From Camelus dromedarius (lineage: Eukaryota), in the NCBI RefSeq assembly GCF_036321535.1, contig NC_087437.1, positions 98,830,001-98,894,000 of the forward strand: a stretch of 64,000 nucleotides of DNA. The letters are read 5' to 3'. The notes beneath the pieces are model-generated. The model ran no database searches. It had not been told where the DNA came from and was given only the letters and a program-made list of their open reading frames with translations. Positions within the stretch are counted from its first letter, which is position 1, and every line of letters starts with the position of its first letter. Positions 50,999 to 64,000 of this stretch are shown one piece after another. Made by a program: the position numbers and the translations under genes.

Positions 50999-52189
50999 AA
51001 AAGTTCCTGTGAAACTGAGTAAAACTTATCCTGCTTTTCAAGTGTATTATAAATGGTTGTTTACATACTTATTTCTCCCTTTAGACAGTTTTTCAGGGCA
51101 GAGATCTCAGGTTAACTGTCTGTGTCAAGGCATGGAACAGGGTAGAACAAATAAAGCAGTGGTATTAGGCAAACCTAGATGAGACAGCTGACTTCTCTTG
51201 TCAAGTTGTGTGACCTTAGTAAAATTAATTAATTTCTCAGAAGTTCAGTTTTCCTCTCTAAGAATACAAAAGAAGGCAACCTTGGCTGGGTCAGCAGCAG
51301 TAGGCAAAACTTCTACTTCTGAAATAAATGTAGTGAGATAGAAGCAATGTGTGTACATGAGTGTTTTCTAAACCATTATTTTAATTTTAATGATTTTTAA
51401 TTTTTCTTTTTTGTCAAAGCTCTTAGCCCTATTCAAAGCTTGTAGCAAATGCTGCCTTGACAGAGTCTACAGTAATTAATGGTATCTGAAGTAGCTGTAA
51501 TTTTCTGTGGAAATGAAAAGCTGAGATTTATGAAATTTGCTTTTAGTTTGCTTTCAAAATAGCATTTCTGAAGTGTTTTCCTTTTATCATATGACTTAGG
51601 TCATTTGCTTAACTTGAATTTTAGACTCAATAGTTCTTATTCAGAGAACCGATTAGTACATTGTAGCATCAGAGTAAGTGAATACACTAAGATGGTAACA
51701 TAGGTATGAATTAACCAAAGAATGTTAAAATATAAAACTATACTCTGGTCAGAAGTTAGAACTGTAGATCTGACATGTAATGTAATGTAATGTAAAAGCT
51801 CTTCCCCTCCCCAGGACTTCGTATTTATTCCAAGTCATCCTGGTATATTTCTGTTTGCTTTTTTGATTCTTAAGTGTGGAAGTGAGGATAACTGGAGAGA
51901 AACTAAGATAAGTAAGCTATTGTTATCAAAGATTTAAAACTAAGAATTACATGAAAGGCCATGAAAATCCAAAGCCATTCTCAAAGAGGAAATATATTGC
52001 CAGGCCCACGGAAAGGTCTATTTCCACCTGAATTCAGTATGTGGTATCTCTTTGTTAGGAAGTAATTGCAAATCAATACACACTGAGTATGATGTTTTAA
52101 AAATATACCTTGGATCAAAATGCAAAATTTATCCTCATTAAATGCTTTACCTCTAAAGATTTGGATTTCCTTTTACTCTAAGCATGCAG

Positions 52190-52276
52190 GAAAAAAAAAA
52201 AAGTAATAAAACCAAAGCTCTCATCTAAAAAAAAAAAAAAAAAGAAAGAAAAAGAAAAAGAAAAAAAGAAAGAAAA
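52190..52276. repeat. Poly-A / (GAAA)n / (GAAAAA)n tract
   Basis: Directly visible. Confidence 0.85.
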
Positions 52277-52735
52277 CACCTCCACAATTTGAAATTTGGT
52301 TGTTCTCAAAGGGTAAAATTTCTGCCAAATGGATGGCAAGCTGTTGTCAAGGCATAATGGAAGCTTCTGTGGGAGTCTGAGAGCGATTAATGCACAGAAG
52401 TTGTGTCACAGTTTGAGCTCACATACTCTTTGAAACAGAAAGAATCTAAATTTCAAAGCTTTTACTAATATTTCTCAATAGCTGTAGCATTTATTCATAG
52501 ATATCCAGTATAACCTTGTAGCATTAACCCTAGAAATAAAAATATTAACTTTAAAAAAAAAGTAAAATTATTTCCAATGCCTTTTCACTTTATTACTATT
52601 TCAGAAATCTAAAATAACTCAATATGTCAAAGAAATGAAACACTCTTATTATATAGATTAATAAAATACGAGTTCCCAAATATTAAGATAATAGGAAGAA
52701 TATAAGTCCAGACTTACTCAACAGACTGTGACCCA

Positions 52736-53203
52736 TGACGAAGATCCTTTGCTTGACCAAACTTCAGTCAGGCTCCTGAACCTTCTCCTAAGCCCACCTG
52801 TGCACTTCTTTGTAAAAATCCCACTTTAGCAAGACCCCCTGATAGATAAGTTTCATTAAGAGTCCCTCATCCTCTAAATCTGTCCAGCCTCGATATCTCA
52901 TTGGGGTTCTCATTCTCCACCATCCTACAGGTGATGTCTGACCACCACGGTCTGTCTTCAGCAAAGATCCCGTCGTGTCAGTCTAGCTAGAATCTCCCTT
53001 ACCTCTGAGGTTTCTTCTCAGTTATTTTCCATCCACTTACCCTACCCTACTTCTTGGCTATAAATTCTCATTTGCCCATACTGTACTTGGAATTGCACCC
53101 AGTTCTATAGTGAGGACTCTTTTCCCTTACTGCAATAGTTCTGAATAAAATCTGTTTACCATTTTAACTACTGTCCAGCTCTGTATTTGTCTGTTTGTTG
53201 ACA
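52736..53203 (+). mobile_element. MER31-like ERV1 solo LTR
   Basis: TGAC.AAGAT...GCTTGACCAAACTTCAGTCAGGCTCCTGAACCTTCTCCTA start, TATA box GGCTATAAAT, AATAAA, TTGACA end. Confidence 0.85.
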
Positions 53204-54325
53204 CCAGGAGATGTTAGGTCCTTTTGCATACTTTTATCATTGAATCTTTAACAGCATGTTTTGTTACTCTCATTTCAAGTTAAGAAACTGAAAGGTAGAG
53301 AAATTATCATTTGTTGAAGAGCAAATAACTAGTTAATGGTAGAGACAGAACTTAAACAACCCAGGGTTTTTGTGGATTTTTTTAAAGTCCTACTTATTCC
53401 AAAAGTTGTATCATTTCTAATTTTTACCTAATGTTTCAAAATTTTCTCTAAATATAGAAAACATAAGAGCAGTTAACTTAAACAGACAGTTTTTACAACA
53501 TGGAAGATGGAAACAGCTTCCTCTTCTAAGATATAGTAAATTTATCTTAGCATCAACATAGTTTGGAAAGAAGCCATTATCATTACACAAGGGAGTTCCC
53601 AGAAGTGAGCCAAAACAGAGCCTTTGGAAGTAGAATCATATGAACCTTTCATTTCAGATCCTCTGGGGAAGTAAATGAAGACTCTTTATCCCACATGGTA
53701 ATGCTCCTGCGGACCATCTCATCTTTGGGAAGGGTCATACTGCATTCCTGGAATGTTTGAGGTCACTTTGAGAGATTGGCTGCATTCCCATCCACACCCA
53801 TCATTAGGGAAAATAGTGTCCAAATTCAGCTAGCTGATGATTACAAACTCTTTAAAACATAGAGCTCCCATCTTGAACTTACAAAATAGCCTTCAAGGTT
53901 ACTTTATAGCAATAACCTATTAGTGATTTCTAAGTAAACTCATCTGACTTATAGTTAATAATGATTATTTACTATCTGTTAACCTCATAATTGCCAGGTA
54001 AAATAAAGAAATTATTTGACCCCCAGGCTTAAGAGTGAGGTATTTTACCTTCAATCTGAGGAGGAAGAATGCCTTGGATATGGAAACACAGCCCTGCAGA
54101 GAGCACATACTGACATAAGGTTGTAAGCGGGATGGCTCATTTGTGTCTTTCTGGTTTGTTGGGACTTCTGTTTGAGAAATCAAGAGAACGCATTCCATAT
54201 ACTTTGTTAATTAAGGACAGTAATTAGGGATAGATGTCACATTCTAGCTGTTAACTCCTTAAACACATAATTCCTATCTCATATTTAAATAAATGGACAT
54301 GATAATTGGCTTGAACCATGGCCAG

Positions 54326-54900
54326 TACAGGAAAGGAAAACAATCTTCCTCTACCCTCAGGCTCTGCCCTGAGCCTGAGAATTAACTGGAAGTAAGAAAA
54401 ACAGGAGAAAAGCATACAATTTTATTTAATATTTTTGTATGCACCCAGGAGCCATCATAGGAAAAAATTAAGACTCAAAGAAGCAATTAGGACTGAAAGT
54501 TTATATACTTTTTTGACAGAAAATCACAAATTTGAGGAGAAATGACAAGACAAAGGCAGAGGACTTAAGCTTTTAGGGATAGGATATTATGGGAAAGTGA
54601 CTAAGAAATCCATGGGGGAAATTCATGGAAGGTTAGGGTTACTTTAGTAGGTTTGTTTGTACAGATTCATTTAGGCATTCATTCCCAGTCTCCACTAATA
54701 AGAATGTCCTTCTCTTACTGGTACAGGGAGGGTAACTTTCTCTGGGGAACTATGTGTGACCTGATTTTAGGTAGAAAGATAGTAGGGGCGGGGAGTCAGA
54801 GAGCCCTTCCTACATCCAATGTCTCTTAAGTGCCTTTATCTCAAAATAATCAATATGCCAAAGAGGCATGTTTTGGGCTGGTGTGTTCTGAACACCTTCA
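54326..54900 (-). mobile_element. MER34-family ERV1 solo LTR
   Basis: Minus strand starts TGAAGGTGTTCAGAACACACCAGCCCAAAACATGCCTCTTTGGCATATTGATTATTTTGAG; probable TSD CCAG/CCAT. Confidence 0.75.
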
Positions 54901-57809
54901 CCATCATTATCAGTAGAGGAAATATGTACTTTTAGCTCTTGGAACCTAAGGAAATATAACACCGAAAGGAATTCTGGTGAGTCCGTTTAATTCATGTGCA
55001 CCATCAGGTAACATAAAAGTCACTATAAGAAAAGCTGGGGAAAACACTAACCTCCAATTTAATAGTAGTTTAGTTCAAACAAGTAAACTGCAGTACATGG
55101 AACTGACAAAAGAGAACTTTCTAGAGAAAAGACATGTCCAACAGCAAAAAGAAAAAGAGTTTGTTTTCACATGATTCCCAACACTCATATGAACTATTTT
55201 ATACCACAGCTTTAAATTTTCTGAAATAACTAGGCAATTGCCATATTCTAGACCCGTTTGCTGGTTGACTTGCGGGCATGTGAGCAACCTCTACCAAAGC
55301 AGGAGTAAACTGATGTGGGAAGCTTGGCTCTCTCGCACCAACACTAGGACTGCCAGTACAGAGCACTATCAAGTACCTATTTTGTCAAAGGCCCACAGAA
55401 GAAATGAAAAGATGACAAGATGCTCTGGAGAACTGTATTTCATATGGAAAAATGAGCACAGCTGGAGAAATGAATGTGGTAGATGCTGTAACTAGTACAG
55501 TTGGGATGTTACATTGATTCTAACAAGCAGGATTGGGGAAGAAGACACGTGGAGACAGACCACTATACACTGAAGTCTTCTTGAATCCCAATTTCAAAAT
55601 GAGACCACAATGTGAACCTTGAGTACTTGCCAATACATCATCTGTTAAGTGGTCAAAGCACACAATTTGTTGCGTTATAAATACAAAGTTCTTTTTTCCT
55701 CTGTAAGAATCTAATTTTAGAAATGCCAGGAATACATTTTCAGGGGGAGAAATTCGATGGGCAGATAAAGCTTTTGAATACTTAATGGAATACTGTAAAG
55801 AAGACAACACTATTAAATAAGTTGTTCATAAAATACGCTATACAACTCTGGAAAAAATACAGCCAGGAAAATGGCTCGAGTCAGAGGCTGCTTTTCTGAC
55901 ACTTGATTCAAATACAGGTGTTTCCCAGTCAATGAACTCAAATGTGAAGAAGGCCTAAAGCTAAAAATTAAGATGACTGTCTTGAATGATCATTGATTCA
56001 TATAAACATTACTGTGAATTATCTGCATGATCATCTTTTAAGGGGGCAATAGACCAACAGAAGTTGAGTTAAAGGAGCCCAGAAAATTCTTTTCACCAAA
56101 AACAGAAGTATCCCCCACCCCTGTACCTCAATTTTCTCCAGTGATAGAGATCTATCCACACATTGTGAATGAACTTCTAACATGCTGTTTTCCCAAGTGT
56201 CTAAGCCTTCACTTGACCCCATTATGGTTGAAGAAGCATCCATATGACCATATGGAGCCAAGGACAGGCCATGGCCCACCATCTGTCCATGAGAAAAGGA
56301 CTGGGAGATTTTCCTTCACTGATCACACATGTCTTGGCACTAAGTGCAGAAACTGGTCGTCTTCTGGATCAAGGCAGTTTATGTTAAATGCAGGAAGTTA
56401 TTTTCACTTTCGTGTATAATAGGTCATCTACAGGGGACCATTTTGAATAGAAATTGCCACTTCTTGATCGTGTAGTGCTTATTACAGACTCCGCAGGGTG
56501 ATTGTCATTAAATCAGCAACACGTTTGACTTCATCTTCGGGCCCTGAAGCTCATTCCTGCCTTTCACTACAGGTCCTGGAGCCTCTCTGCTTTGCATGAG
56601 AGAAAAATCTTTATATAAATTAACCAAATTCAAAGAAATCTGGTGTGTATTCTAGATGATAATATAGTAAACTTGATTTTAACAAGGCCTATATATCAAC
56701 AGTTTAGAAAACCCCAAACACAGATAAATACATATTTATACATTCTCTTAGCTTTCTCAGAAATCGCGTTTTCCTCAATAATCATGGCATTTTTGATTAT
56801 TTTAATATCTACTTTGTATTCAAGTTTTAACTTTCCCATGAAGGCTATATTTCAAAGCATCAACAATATGTGGCCCTCCTTAAATGTTACTGCAAGAAGT
56901 AGAAAGTAGGAAAGACAAAGAGAAGGAGAGATGGGAGTGCTGGGTGGTGACCTAGAATCACCCACCAGGTAAGGGACTGTCTCAGCTCACCTTGTGTGAT
57001 CAAACGCAGGCCTCCAAATTAAAAATGACTGTGTCCAGTTATGTGTGGAGCAGTCAAAATCACCTCAACTTCTGAGACTCCACCTGACATTCATCCGCAT
57101 TGGGAAACAGATAAGATATTCTTGTCTCTTTACATGCTGGCCTGAGATCAATATGAAGCTTTATCAAAGAGTGTCTTCTTCCATGTTATTTGAATCCTAT
57201 TTGTTCCAAGTGACCCTCCTCCCACCCTTGGTGAACACAACCTTTTTCTACACCCTTGATCCAATGTTCTCAAAATTAGTATCTTTATTTTAGTTCTCTC
57301 TACCAACTTAGGCCAACAGTGTTTATTGTGCACACTGTATCTCCCAATCTCCCAACATGAATGTCTACCTGCCTGTATCTTCTCCTCGCCACTGCTGTCT
57401 ATGGCCCTTCGAGATGACAATGAATTGGCTCAGTAAGCCCGAGACAATATGCACTAGGGTTTGTGAGGTCTTCATTTATCACATTTCCTACTGTGTGCCA
57501 CTGGACAGGTCCTTAAATACTCTGGGACTCACTTAGCTCAGTCATGGAATGGACAGAAATGTCATTCCAGATGATCAGGAAGGTCTGATGAGAAAAGATT
57601 CTCTTTGCTCAAAATTACAAGATTTGATTTAAGACAACAGCAGAATACCAGGATTCAGTGAGTAACAGTGGAAATGATACCCATCCCATTTACTATGGAG
57701 AAGAGAGGTGGGCAGGATGGGATGATATTAATATTCATGAAATCTAAGCGAAGGCATTTATCAGGAAAAGAAGACTGTAGTTATTTTCTCAAATTAAACA
57801 TTAATTCTT

Positions 57810-57941
57810 TTTTTTTTTTTTGGTGGAGGAGGTAATTAGTTTTGTTTGTTTACTTATTTACTTAACGGAGGTACTGGGGATTGAACCCGGGACCTTGTGT
57901 ATGCTAGGCACACACTCTACCACTGAGCTATACCCTCCCCC
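57810..57941 (-). mobile_element. tRNA-Ala-derived SINE (camelid Vic-1-like)
   Basis: Minus strand GGGGGAGGGTATAGCTCAGTGGTAGAG (A box)...GGGTTCAATCCCCAG (B box), poly-A tail, perfect 15-bp TSD TAAACATTAATTCTT at 57795-57809 and 57942-57956. Confidence 0.92.
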
Positions 57942-58959
57942 TAAACATTAATTCTTATTACTTCCCTATGTATCCCAGCTAGCACACTTCCTTCCTGTTG
58001 TAAGCACAGCAGAAAAGGTAATCGTTAGAGAAGCCCAGTTTAAGAAAGAAAATAATAGTTTTTTAAAAGATACTGCATTTGCTCTGACAGAACTTAATTC
58101 AGAATAATTCTTCTGATTTGGTCACACTCATTCACCAATGCTAAACCACCTCTGACAATTATCTTGATTTTACTTTCTCTATGTCCCTTGTTGGGAATAA
58201 AGTTAATTTTTAATGTTGCTCTTATGAACCGCAAACTTAAATAAATACCTGGTTCACATTCACTCTCTTTCCTCTGATTTCCCATTTCCACTTCTACATC
58301 ATTAATGTCTTTGCTGGCTTCCAAAAGGGTTTGGTATCCCCTTATGTTCATTAGCATTTTGTCCAGATGAAAGAACAGGGCACAGAGGAAGAGGCTTTAT
58401 TTGTGAACTTGCTGTTCTCTCGTGAATAACCAAAGCTCTTTCTCCTGGTATCTCTGGGGGAAAAAATACTCTAAAGTATAAAGGAGAATTGGAGCACAGT
58501 TACGCTCTTTGGTTGGTTAGACTTCATTTGCAAGAGTATTTTATGGGATTCGGATTAGAGCCTTCAGGTGGGATGAGTCAAGTGTGCACTGACACAGCAC
58601 ATACTCCTCCAAATTTTATGCAAATAATGGCATCATTTTAGAGATTCCTGTTACTTGTGGACCAGAAAAAAAATTGATTGACTCACCACATGGTAAGTAG
58701 TCAGGCACTGGAAGTCCCCAGATGACATTTAGGGGGCCTGTGTAAACAAATAGAGAGGTCCATGGATTCAAAACAATGTCAGATAAATCAGGTTACAAAC
58801 AACAAAAAAATAAATAAATAAAAGCAGCAGTGCTGTGAGAACTTGTTCCTCCCAGCGTGTTTCTCATGACAATTGCTTTATATTTTAGACAAGACTCATT
58901 TTCATATTTGCTTTTGGACACCATTATGTAGCATAATATGATACTAGTAGCCTCCATTT

Positions 58960-59170
58960 TTTAAAATGCCTACTATGTGCTGAACACTGTTTGTCCCTTT
59001 TTTTTAATGTCAGTTTGGCAAAGAAACCATTATTATTCCTATTTTACAGGTGAGAAATCTAAAGATCGGAGAGGTTAAAAGATTTGCTTAAGGTCTCAGA
59101 AACCATAAGGGATTGGAGATGGGTTATGAACCCAAGTTCAAATCCAAATCCTGTGTTTCTTCCTCTATAA
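58960..59170 (-). mobile_element. MIR SINE (one representative of several MIR/L2 relics, e.g. near 3.2, 20.0, 22.0, 22.5, 36.0, 51.2, 53.3 and 62.9 kb)
   Basis: Core ATTATTCCTATTTTACAGGTGAGAAATCTAAAGATCGGAGAGGTTAA...TTTGCTTAAGGTC. Confidence 0.7.
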
Positions 59171-60859
59171 TCGACTTTCTGTCCACATTGTTTGCTGTTA
59201 TGCAATGGAAACCATTATGTAAAATACCAATGTCAATATTTTTCCAAATAAATAATTTATTTCAGCAAATAATTACCTTATTTGCCAGATTTTGCTCAGC
59301 AAGCTTTAGCTTTGCTGTTTGTCTAAACGTGGTCAAATGGAAAGTGCTTCTCCCACTCACCTCTTACCCTGTTCTCCTGTCTCACCTTCCACTTATACAT
59401 GGACACAAATCCTGATGTTGGTAAATAAGGCAAAATATTTAAGCAAGAGTTTCTGTAATTATTCCCATGTATTCATTTTGTGACATTTCCTTGAGCCCCA
59501 AGACAGTTCTGCCCTTTCCAAAGGAAACAGCAAGCTTTCAAGCCACGATCTTGATACATAACCATGCACAGCCCATTTGATGTTGTGGAAAAGATGCTTT
59601 GTGTTGCTTCCTTTCTATTCCACTAGTAACACTGATAAATGGTTTCTTTTATTAACAAATTCAATAAAATATTTTAGGGAGGTGCAAACACTTACAGATG
59701 CACAATAATCTAGATGGAATGGCCATGATAACCACGGAAAATATAATCTGATATGTTTCCAAAGGAAAAGCTTCAGACTAAAATCTTCAGATAGTTTTTT
59801 CTCCTTTCCCAAGCCATCTAATTCCATGGTAAATTTTCAGTTAATATTCTGTCCTTAGGATTAAAATTCATCAAAAGAGTAAGGTAACAGGAAAATAGCA
59901 TCAGTTGCCTAGACAGAAGATTTCTTTAGCACTCATGTATTGAATATTTAACATGCCCCAATCTTGGTGATAATACTGTAGCTGCAAATATGATTTTAAA
60001 AGAACTAAAAAGATACTCATATTTCAAATGATTTGGGAAGGGTTAAATAAATGATGGTATATTTACTTGATGGAATAGTATGTAGACATTACAACTGATG
60101 GTTTTAAAGACATGAAATTATGAGGAACCGTTTGATACCATGTTAAGGTGGAAAGGAACAGAAAGTACTTACAATAAGATTAACAGTAAGCAAACATCAG
60201 TAATGATTTTTTATGAGTAATGGAATGATGGGTGATTTTATTTCTCTTTCTTTTATATTTATCAACTTTATGAAAACACCACAAGCAAGGAAAAATAGAT
60301 TCTTGGATGCATGGAATAAATGCTTAGCAAGAGCATGGGATAGGGTTGTCAACCCCACCTAAGGAATTTAGCCAGATATCACAAGAATATTGGGCTAGTA
60401 TTTAAGGAGAGGTTCACTGGGCAAAGAGGGAGGAAAGACATGAAATAGTAAAAGTGTCTGGTGTTTTCATGAGCAATGGTAGTGTGCCCTGGACTTGGTC
60501 TAACCATATCATGACTAAAACATCTGAAGCATTATTAGGTCATAACCAAGGCAAGTCTCTACACCTGTGAACCTTAAGTAATCAAATAGGAATTTAGGTA
60601 AGAACACAAAGACCTGCATGAAATATTACTATGTATGAAACCAACTTCAAATAATATTGGCAATTCTATTATGCTTCAATAGCCATAACCTCCTGTCATT
60701 CCCTTACTTGGGATATTGTAGAGTTACTTGTCCTTAGTCCCACGCCATATTTAGTGATTGTAAAGAAGGGTGGGTGGTACAAGATGAGGATGGAGAGAGA
60801 TAGGTGAAGCCAGATGACATTTAGTCCTACAGTCAGTTCAGAGCAATGGCTCTTTATGA

Positions 60860-62678
60860 GTCCAGGAATAAATCAACACATACACAGTCAACTGATCTTT
60901 GACAAGATAGAAAGAATACACAAAGGAAAAAAGATAGTCTCCAACAAATGGTGTTGGAAAAACTGAATATGCATATGCCAGAAAATCAAACTAGATCCTT
61001 ATCTTACACCATATGAAAAATAAACTCAAAATGGACTAAAGATTTATTTGGAAGAACCAAAACTATAAAACTCCTAAAAGAAATCATAGGGACAAGATCA
61101 TTGACGTTGGTCTTGGTAATGATTTTGATGAAATAGAATTTATATTTTAAGGCAGGACAAGAAAAATTAAGCATAGGATTATCTCTCTGTGTCCGTTTGG
61201 GCCTCCTCTCTCCCTCCCTAATGTGCAGTGTGCATCTTCATTGCACATTAAGCCAAGCTCCTCAAAGATGAGGATGCCTGCTTGACCATAAATATCATTT
61301 TGTCCCCCTTCTTCTGATGCCAGCAATGTAACTTCTTAAATGAACAGTGTTTATTCACAGCTCTGTAAGTGTTCATGGTGACCTGCTGATTATTTTTTAC
61401 TTGCTTACCTGGACTATGTATCCTTGATGAACTTATGTAAAATGTCTGTATGTCTTTTTGATGTATTATCCTTTGTTTCTATTTCTAACTGATGGAACAG
61501 TTCTCAGAACTTTCTGAAAGTCTATCTCTAAGGTTATAATCCTCAGTTTGGCTCAAATAAAATTCCCTTTTTTCTTCTTACTATGACTGTTAATTGAACT
61601 TTCATTGACAATTTATTGGACATTACACCAAAAGCACAGGCAACAAAAGTAAAAATAGATAAATGGGACCACATCAAAATTGCACAGCAGAGGGAATAAT
61701 CAACCAAGTGAAAAAGCAACCTATGGAATGGGAGAAAATATTTGCAAACCCTACTCAATATCCAAAATATATAAGGAACTCCTACAACTCAATAGCAAAA
61801 ACAAAACCAAAACAAGTGATTCAATTTAAAAATGGTCAAAGAACTTGAATAGGTGTTTCTGCAAAGGAGATATGTGATGCTGGATGATAACCAACAAGTA
61901 CTTGAAAAGGTCCTCAACATCTCTAATCATTAGGGAAATGTAAATTAAAATGGCAACGTGGTATCACCTCACATATGCTAGGATGGCTACTATAAAAAAA
62001 TAAGATAACAATTGTTGACAAGGAAGTCGAGAAACTGGAACCATTTTATACTGTTGGAGTGGTGCAGCCACTATGGAAAACAGTATGGAGATTCCGCAAA
62101 ACATTAAAATAAAACTACCATATTATCCAGTCATCTCATTTCTGGGTATATATCCAAAAGAATTAAAATCAGAATCTTGAAGAGATACTTGCACCCCCAT
62201 GTTCATTGCAGCATTTTCACAATAGCCAGAACATGAGAACAACCTAAATGTCCATCAACAGATAAACGAATAAAGAAAATGTGGTATGTACATGCAATGG
62301 AATATTATTTGGCCTTTAAAAAGAAAGAAATCCTGCTACTGCAACAATAAGGATGGACCTGGAGAACACTATGCTAAGTGAAATAAGCTGGTCCCAGAAG
62401 GACAAATCCTGCATGATTCCACTTATACAAAATATCTAAAATAGTCCAAATCACAGAAGCAGAGAATTAGAGTGGTGGCTGCCAGGAGCTGGGGGCATGG
62501 GGAAAAGGGGAATTGTTGTTCAACAGGTATAATATTTCAGTTGGTAAGATGATGAAGCTCTAGAGATCCGCTGTACAACATGATGCCTATAGTTAAAATA
62601 CTGTTATATTCTTAAACATTTGTTAAAAGTATAGATTGCATGTTGAGCTTTCTTACCACACTTTAAAAAAAAAAAAAG
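60860..62678 (+). mobile_element. 5'-truncated L1MA-like element (ORF2 3' part, 3'UTR, poly-A), split by an LTR
   Basis: CAACTGATCTTTGACAAG, CAACAAATGGTGTTGGAAAAACTG, peptide IINQVKKQPMEWEKIFAN, CCCATGTTCATTGCAGCATT, poly-A at about 62665-62678. Confidence 0.9.
61126..61610 (+). mobile_element. ERV1-type solo LTR (485 bp) nested in L1
   Basis: TG...CA termini, perfect 4-bp TSD ATTT at 61122-61125 and 61611-61614, CTCAAATAAAA poly-A signal; L1 resumes colinearly. Confidence 0.88.
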
Positions 62679-64000
62679 AGGCAGCAGAAGCTGTTTGTGA
62701 GAAGGGGCACTACACGAGCAGATTTTTTTTCCTGGAAGTAGCTCATTTTTGTAAGCAGTGTAAAGGATAACATGGATTAGGAGGAAAGCTGGAGACCAGA
62801 AGGCCAGAGGGAGAGCTGTAAAATGGTTCCAGGGTACAGAGTGGAGTGAAGAGGCAGTAACTGCAAAAAATTGCCAAATTAAAGTCACCGCAGTTAAATT
62901 ACCCCTTAACTCTGTGATCTGAGATAAGCCTCTTTACTTCTATTTCTTCACTAGTAAATTGAAAGTGATGGGCCTTCTTCAAAATATCATTGTGGGAATT
63001 AATATATGAGAAAGTATTTTACAAGCTGCTAAATCATGTAAAACCATAGATTTTAGTAGTTTTATTGTTCTTAGTAATGGGAATATTAGTACAATTCTAT
63101 TGCACTATCCTAGCAAGACTTATATTTTGAAAATACATACCAAAGGCAGAAAAGGAAAACAGATGAGAATTTCTGCTTATAACAAAGTTTCTAAGAAGTA
63201 AATATGGTGTAGCAGTCATATGGATGCATTAGGTAATGCAAGGCTTTAGCACTCATCTAAAATCAGATATTAAGCTAACATTCCTTATTTGAAAACATGC
63301 ATTGTAAAAGAGTCACTGGCTTCCCTCATCTACGTTTGTGATTTTGGAAAGTCACCAAATAAAATGTTTACTTTCAAAAATGTATATTTTATCTGGCTAA
63401 CTCTCTTGTTAATACAGCTTGAATATTTAGGGTGTTTCCATCTTTTCCCAAGGCTTCTTTTTTTTTTTTTTTTCTTTTTCTTTTTTTTTCCTCTAAGGCT
63501 ACTTTTGTTTTTGAGTTGAAATTTCTCCTTAATACTTCTTAGAATGAAAGAGAGGAAACATATCCTTTTTGTTTTCTTTGCAAAAGCTTTTTACTCAATC
63601 TCAAATAATATTCAGATCCAATTTTAAAAATGCTGACTAAATTCCATTAAATATAATGTTAAATTCAAATAAAACTCAGAATACTTTATATCTATAACAT
63701 AAGTAAAACCATAAAACCAAACACTATTTTTTTCAAGTTAATTACAGCCAAAGAAAAAATTTATAACATTGAAATTATTGGTTAATAATGATATGATATT
63801 GGGTTTAAGAGAAAAATGCAGCCTTGGATCTAATCCTAGATTTGATCTATTTCTGTATTTTTCACATAAATCCTACAAGTGTAAGAATTACATGCTCACA
63901 TATGCATCTTATATGAACCAAAACAGTTTCAAAACTTTACTAGCTCAAAATAATGACAATTTAGCCAACAATCTTCAGGTGCCATTCTAACACATGATTA

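Noticed and set aside
57868..57941. tRNA-Ala-like gene on the minus strand
   Set aside because: It has a SINE tail, poly-A and a 15-bp TSD, and the cloverleaf stems are imperfect, so it is a SINE head rather than a tRNA gene.
1..64000. Prokaryote-type systems (CRISPR arrays, operons, defence islands) or non-retroviral endogenous viral genes
   Set aside because: The sequence is mammalian repeat-rich DNA with no regularly spaced repeats and no long ORFs, and I recognise no viral peptides. A tBLASTn or HMM search would be needed to exclude very decayed viral fragments.

Overview
Mammalian genomic DNA, AT-rich and repeat-dense, from an intergenic or deep-intronic region. It is probably camelid: a TSD-flanked tRNA-Ala-derived SINE resembling the camelid Vic-1 SINE lies at 57.8-57.9 kb, and no Alu, B1 or BovA elements are visible. 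No intact protein-coding gene is supported, and nearly all listed ORFs are spurious or transposon-derived. Recognisable content is a decayed, intronless RAD23B retrocopy (47.8-48.4 kb, minus strand), many L1 pieces, solo LTRs (ERV1, ERVL, MaLR), DNA transposon fossils (Tigger1, MER20, MER5, MER33, MER91) and a near-consensus CTCF site. The most unusual structures are: a TSD-bounded L1 with intact 5' end and multiply inverted interior; a divergent inverted pair of same-family solo LTRs 606 bp apart; a TSD-bounded chimera of L1 and non-L1 polyadenylated sequence; a 210-bp twin-primed mini-L1; and two candidate non-coding exons. I see no evidence of a novel multi-gene system. Repeat family names come from recall of consensus sequences, not from a database search, and boundaries without TSDs are approximate.
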